Assembly: GCA_028276785.1 (NCBI GenBank) | Contig: JAPYVP010000027.1 | Coordinates: 1-5,625 of the forward strand | Length of the DNA stretch: 5,625 bases | Source: Candidatus Nanopusillus sp. | Lineage (GTDB): Archaea; Nanobdellota; Nanobdellia; Nanobdellales; Nanobdellaceae | Direction of reading: 5' to 3' | Shown: piece after piece, positions 4,406 to 5,625 of the stretch | Numbering within the stretch: position 1 is the first letter of the stretch | Layout of the letters: every line of letters begins with the position of its first letter | The notes under the pieces: generated by a model | Told to the model about the DNA's origin: nothing | What the model saw: only the letters and a program-made list of their open reading frames with translations | The model's database searches: none | Translations under genes and position numbers: made by a program

Positions 4406-5602
4406 ATGAAAAATTTATTTAAGATTATTGATATTTTAAAGAAAAACAAAATAATAAATAAATTATATGGGTTCATAAAAAAATATCCTTTTTATATAAT
4501 TTTGAGTATTTTATTATTAATTTATACTTATCAGACAGTTTCTGTATTTTATCCTATAAATTCATATATTTCAGATGAAGTATGGTATGCTCCATCTTCA
4601 TATAATATTATGACAAAAATATTTCATTTAAATATAAATCAAACTGTTCCATTCCCCTCTGGAAAAGATTTGACCAATTATTTTAATCTTGAACAACCAC
4701 CTTTAGCAAAATATATAATTGGTATTTTTATATATTTTTTAGGATATAATTATTGGGTTTGGAGAATTCCTAGCTGGATATTGGGAGATCTAATAATAAT
4801 TTTATCATTTTTAATAACTAGAAAAATTGTTAGTAATAATATATTTGGAAATATTGCAGGAATAATTACTTCAGTTTTGATTATTTCTGATCCAAATATA
4901 TGGGTAATGCATGGTATAGCTATGTTAGATATATATGTATCATTCTTTTCTTTATTATCATTGTATTATTTAATAAAAGATGATATAATAAAATCATCTA
5001 TATCTTTTGGATTAGCATTTTCTTCAAAATTTCCTGGAGCATTTTTAATATTTCCTCTTTTATATTATGTTAAAGGAATTAATATAAGTAGAATAAAAAG
5101 ATTTCTTTATGTAGTTATATTACCATTATTAATATATTTATCCTTAAACCTTCCATTAATTATATATTTTGGATTTTTTAGTTGGTTTAATCAAAGTTTT
5201 TTAGGTGCATTAGAATGGGATATTACATCTGGTCATATTGTAAATGCTCCAAATCAAATTTCTTCACCATGGCAATGGTTATTAAATATTCATCCATTTG
5301 ATTTAGGAACCTATTCTGGAAATAATCTTTATTTAAATAGTTTTCATGCATTAGCAAATAATTATATTATGATACTATGGCTAATTTTAACACCTTTAAT
5401 ATTTATATTAAAAGATAAAAAAGTTACAGTTTCCTATTTATATCCACTATCAATTTATTTAGGATTTTTCTTAATATATTTCTTAGGTAATACAACAATA
5501 TTTACATATTATGTTACAGATTTTATGCCAATGGTTTATATATATGTAGTTTCTTCTCTATTTTTATTGGGATTAAGATATTATAAAAATTTAGATCATT
5601 AA
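4406..5602 (+). CDS. Polytopic GT-C superfamily glycosyltransferase. It most resembles the protein O-mannosyltransferase family (GT39 / PMT, PMT_2-like) and presumably uses a polyprenyl(dolichyl)-phosphate-sugar donor.
   Basis: 398-aa ORF with about 10-12 hydrophobic segments by eye. A DE dyad (D57-E58, nt 4574-4579) sits in the first extracytoplasmic loop right after TM1 (SDEVWY vs PMT 'DEVHF'). EQPPLAKYIIG (nt 4691-4720 region) matches the PMT 'HPPLAK/HPPLGK' motif. WRIPSWILG matches 'Rl-sal-G'. SSPWQWLL (nt 5261-5284) in a late loop matches the PMT 's-pw-W' motif. There is no WWDYG motif, so it is not an AglB/STT3 oligosaccharyltransferase. Confidence 0.85.
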   Translation: MKNLFKIIDILKKNKIINKLYGFIKKYPFYIILSILLLIYTYQTVSVFYPINSYISDEVWYAPSSYNIMTKIFHLNINQTVPFPSGKDLTNYFNLEQPPLAKYIIGIFIYFLGYNYWVWRIPSWILGDLIIILSFLITRKIVSNNIFGNIAGIITSVLIISDPNIWVMHGIAMLDIYVSFFSLLSLYYLIKDDIIKSSISFGLAFSSKFPGAFLIFPLLYYVKGINISRIKRFLYVVILPLLIYLSLNLPLIIYFGFFSWFNQSFLGALEWDITSGHIVNAPNQISSPWQWLLNIHPFDLGTYSGNNLYLNSFHALANNYIMILWLILTPLIFILKDKKVTVSYLYPLSIYLGFFLIYFLGNTTIFTYYVTDFMPMVYIYVVSSLFLLGLRYYKNLDH

Positions 5603-5607
5603 TTAAG

Positions 5608-5625
5608 CGGACCCGGGGGGATTCG
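5608..5625 (-). tRNA. 3' end of a tRNA gene running off the window: part of the T-loop, the T-stem 3' strand, the acceptor 3' strand and the discriminator. Identity is undeterminable.
   Basis: The minus strand reads 5'-CGAAT CCCCC CGGGTCC G-3'. This fits (TT)CGAAT T-loop, a 5-nt T-stem, a 7-nt acceptor strand and discriminator G. Local G+C is far above the surrounding sequence. The plus-strand reading lacks U8/A14-type landmarks. Only 18 nt are visible. Confidence 0.55.

Noticed and set aside
4406-5602. The polytopic glycosyltransferase as the N-oligosaccharyltransferase AglB/STT3, given the sequon-rich neighbours
   Set aside because: It has no WWDYG motif and no large C-terminal soluble domain, and it is only 398 aa. 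The loop-1 DE, PPLAK and SPWQW motifs fit PMT/PMT_2-type GT-C enzymes instead.
1-5625. Mobile element or defence island (transposase, integrase, toxin-antitoxin, restriction or CRISPR-Cas components)
   Set aside because: All five complete ORFs are membrane or secreted proteins with no nuclease, recombinase, ATPase or helix-turn-helix signatures that I can recognise. No terminal inverted repeats or target-site duplications are evident. Only the adjacent tRNA end hints at a possible integration site.

Overview
This is a very AT-rich window (roughly a quarter G+C by eye, not computed). It starts with the last 41 codons of an upstream gene, followed by five complete, tightly packed genes, all on the + strand. 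It ends with a sharply GC-rich 18-nt fragment that looks like the 3' end of a minus-strand tRNA. All five complete genes encode membrane or secreted proteins. (1) 162..1370: a signal-peptide protein with a C-terminal TM anchor and 18 N-X-S/T sequons. (2) and (3) 1412..2041 and 2043..3131: two translationally coupled paralogous proteins whose central regions are about 46-51% threonine, arranged as strictly alternating T-x-T arrays. The two genes share about 110 nt of near-identical DNA. (4) 3173..4366: an N-terminally anchored, sequon-rich protein with a DUF2341-like/lectin-fold signature. (5) 4406..5602: a polytopic GT-C glycosyltransferase with PMT (GT39)-like motifs (DE in the first loop, PPLAK, SSPWQW). 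Each 33-41 nt spacer has a TATA-like box about 25-29 nt upstream of the ATG and no Shine-Dalgarno sequence. This fits leaderless archaeal transcripts. Together with the GC-rich tRNA stem, it suggests an AT-rich thermophilic archaeon, possibly DPANN/Nanoarchaeota-like or Sulfolobales-like; that assignment is inference only. The main hypothesis is that this cluster is a cell-surface glycoprotein cassette in which the PMT-like enzyme O-glycosylates the Thr-array proteins. As far as I know, no such system has an assigned enzyme in archaea. No CRISPR array, transposase, integrase or defence genes are visible.
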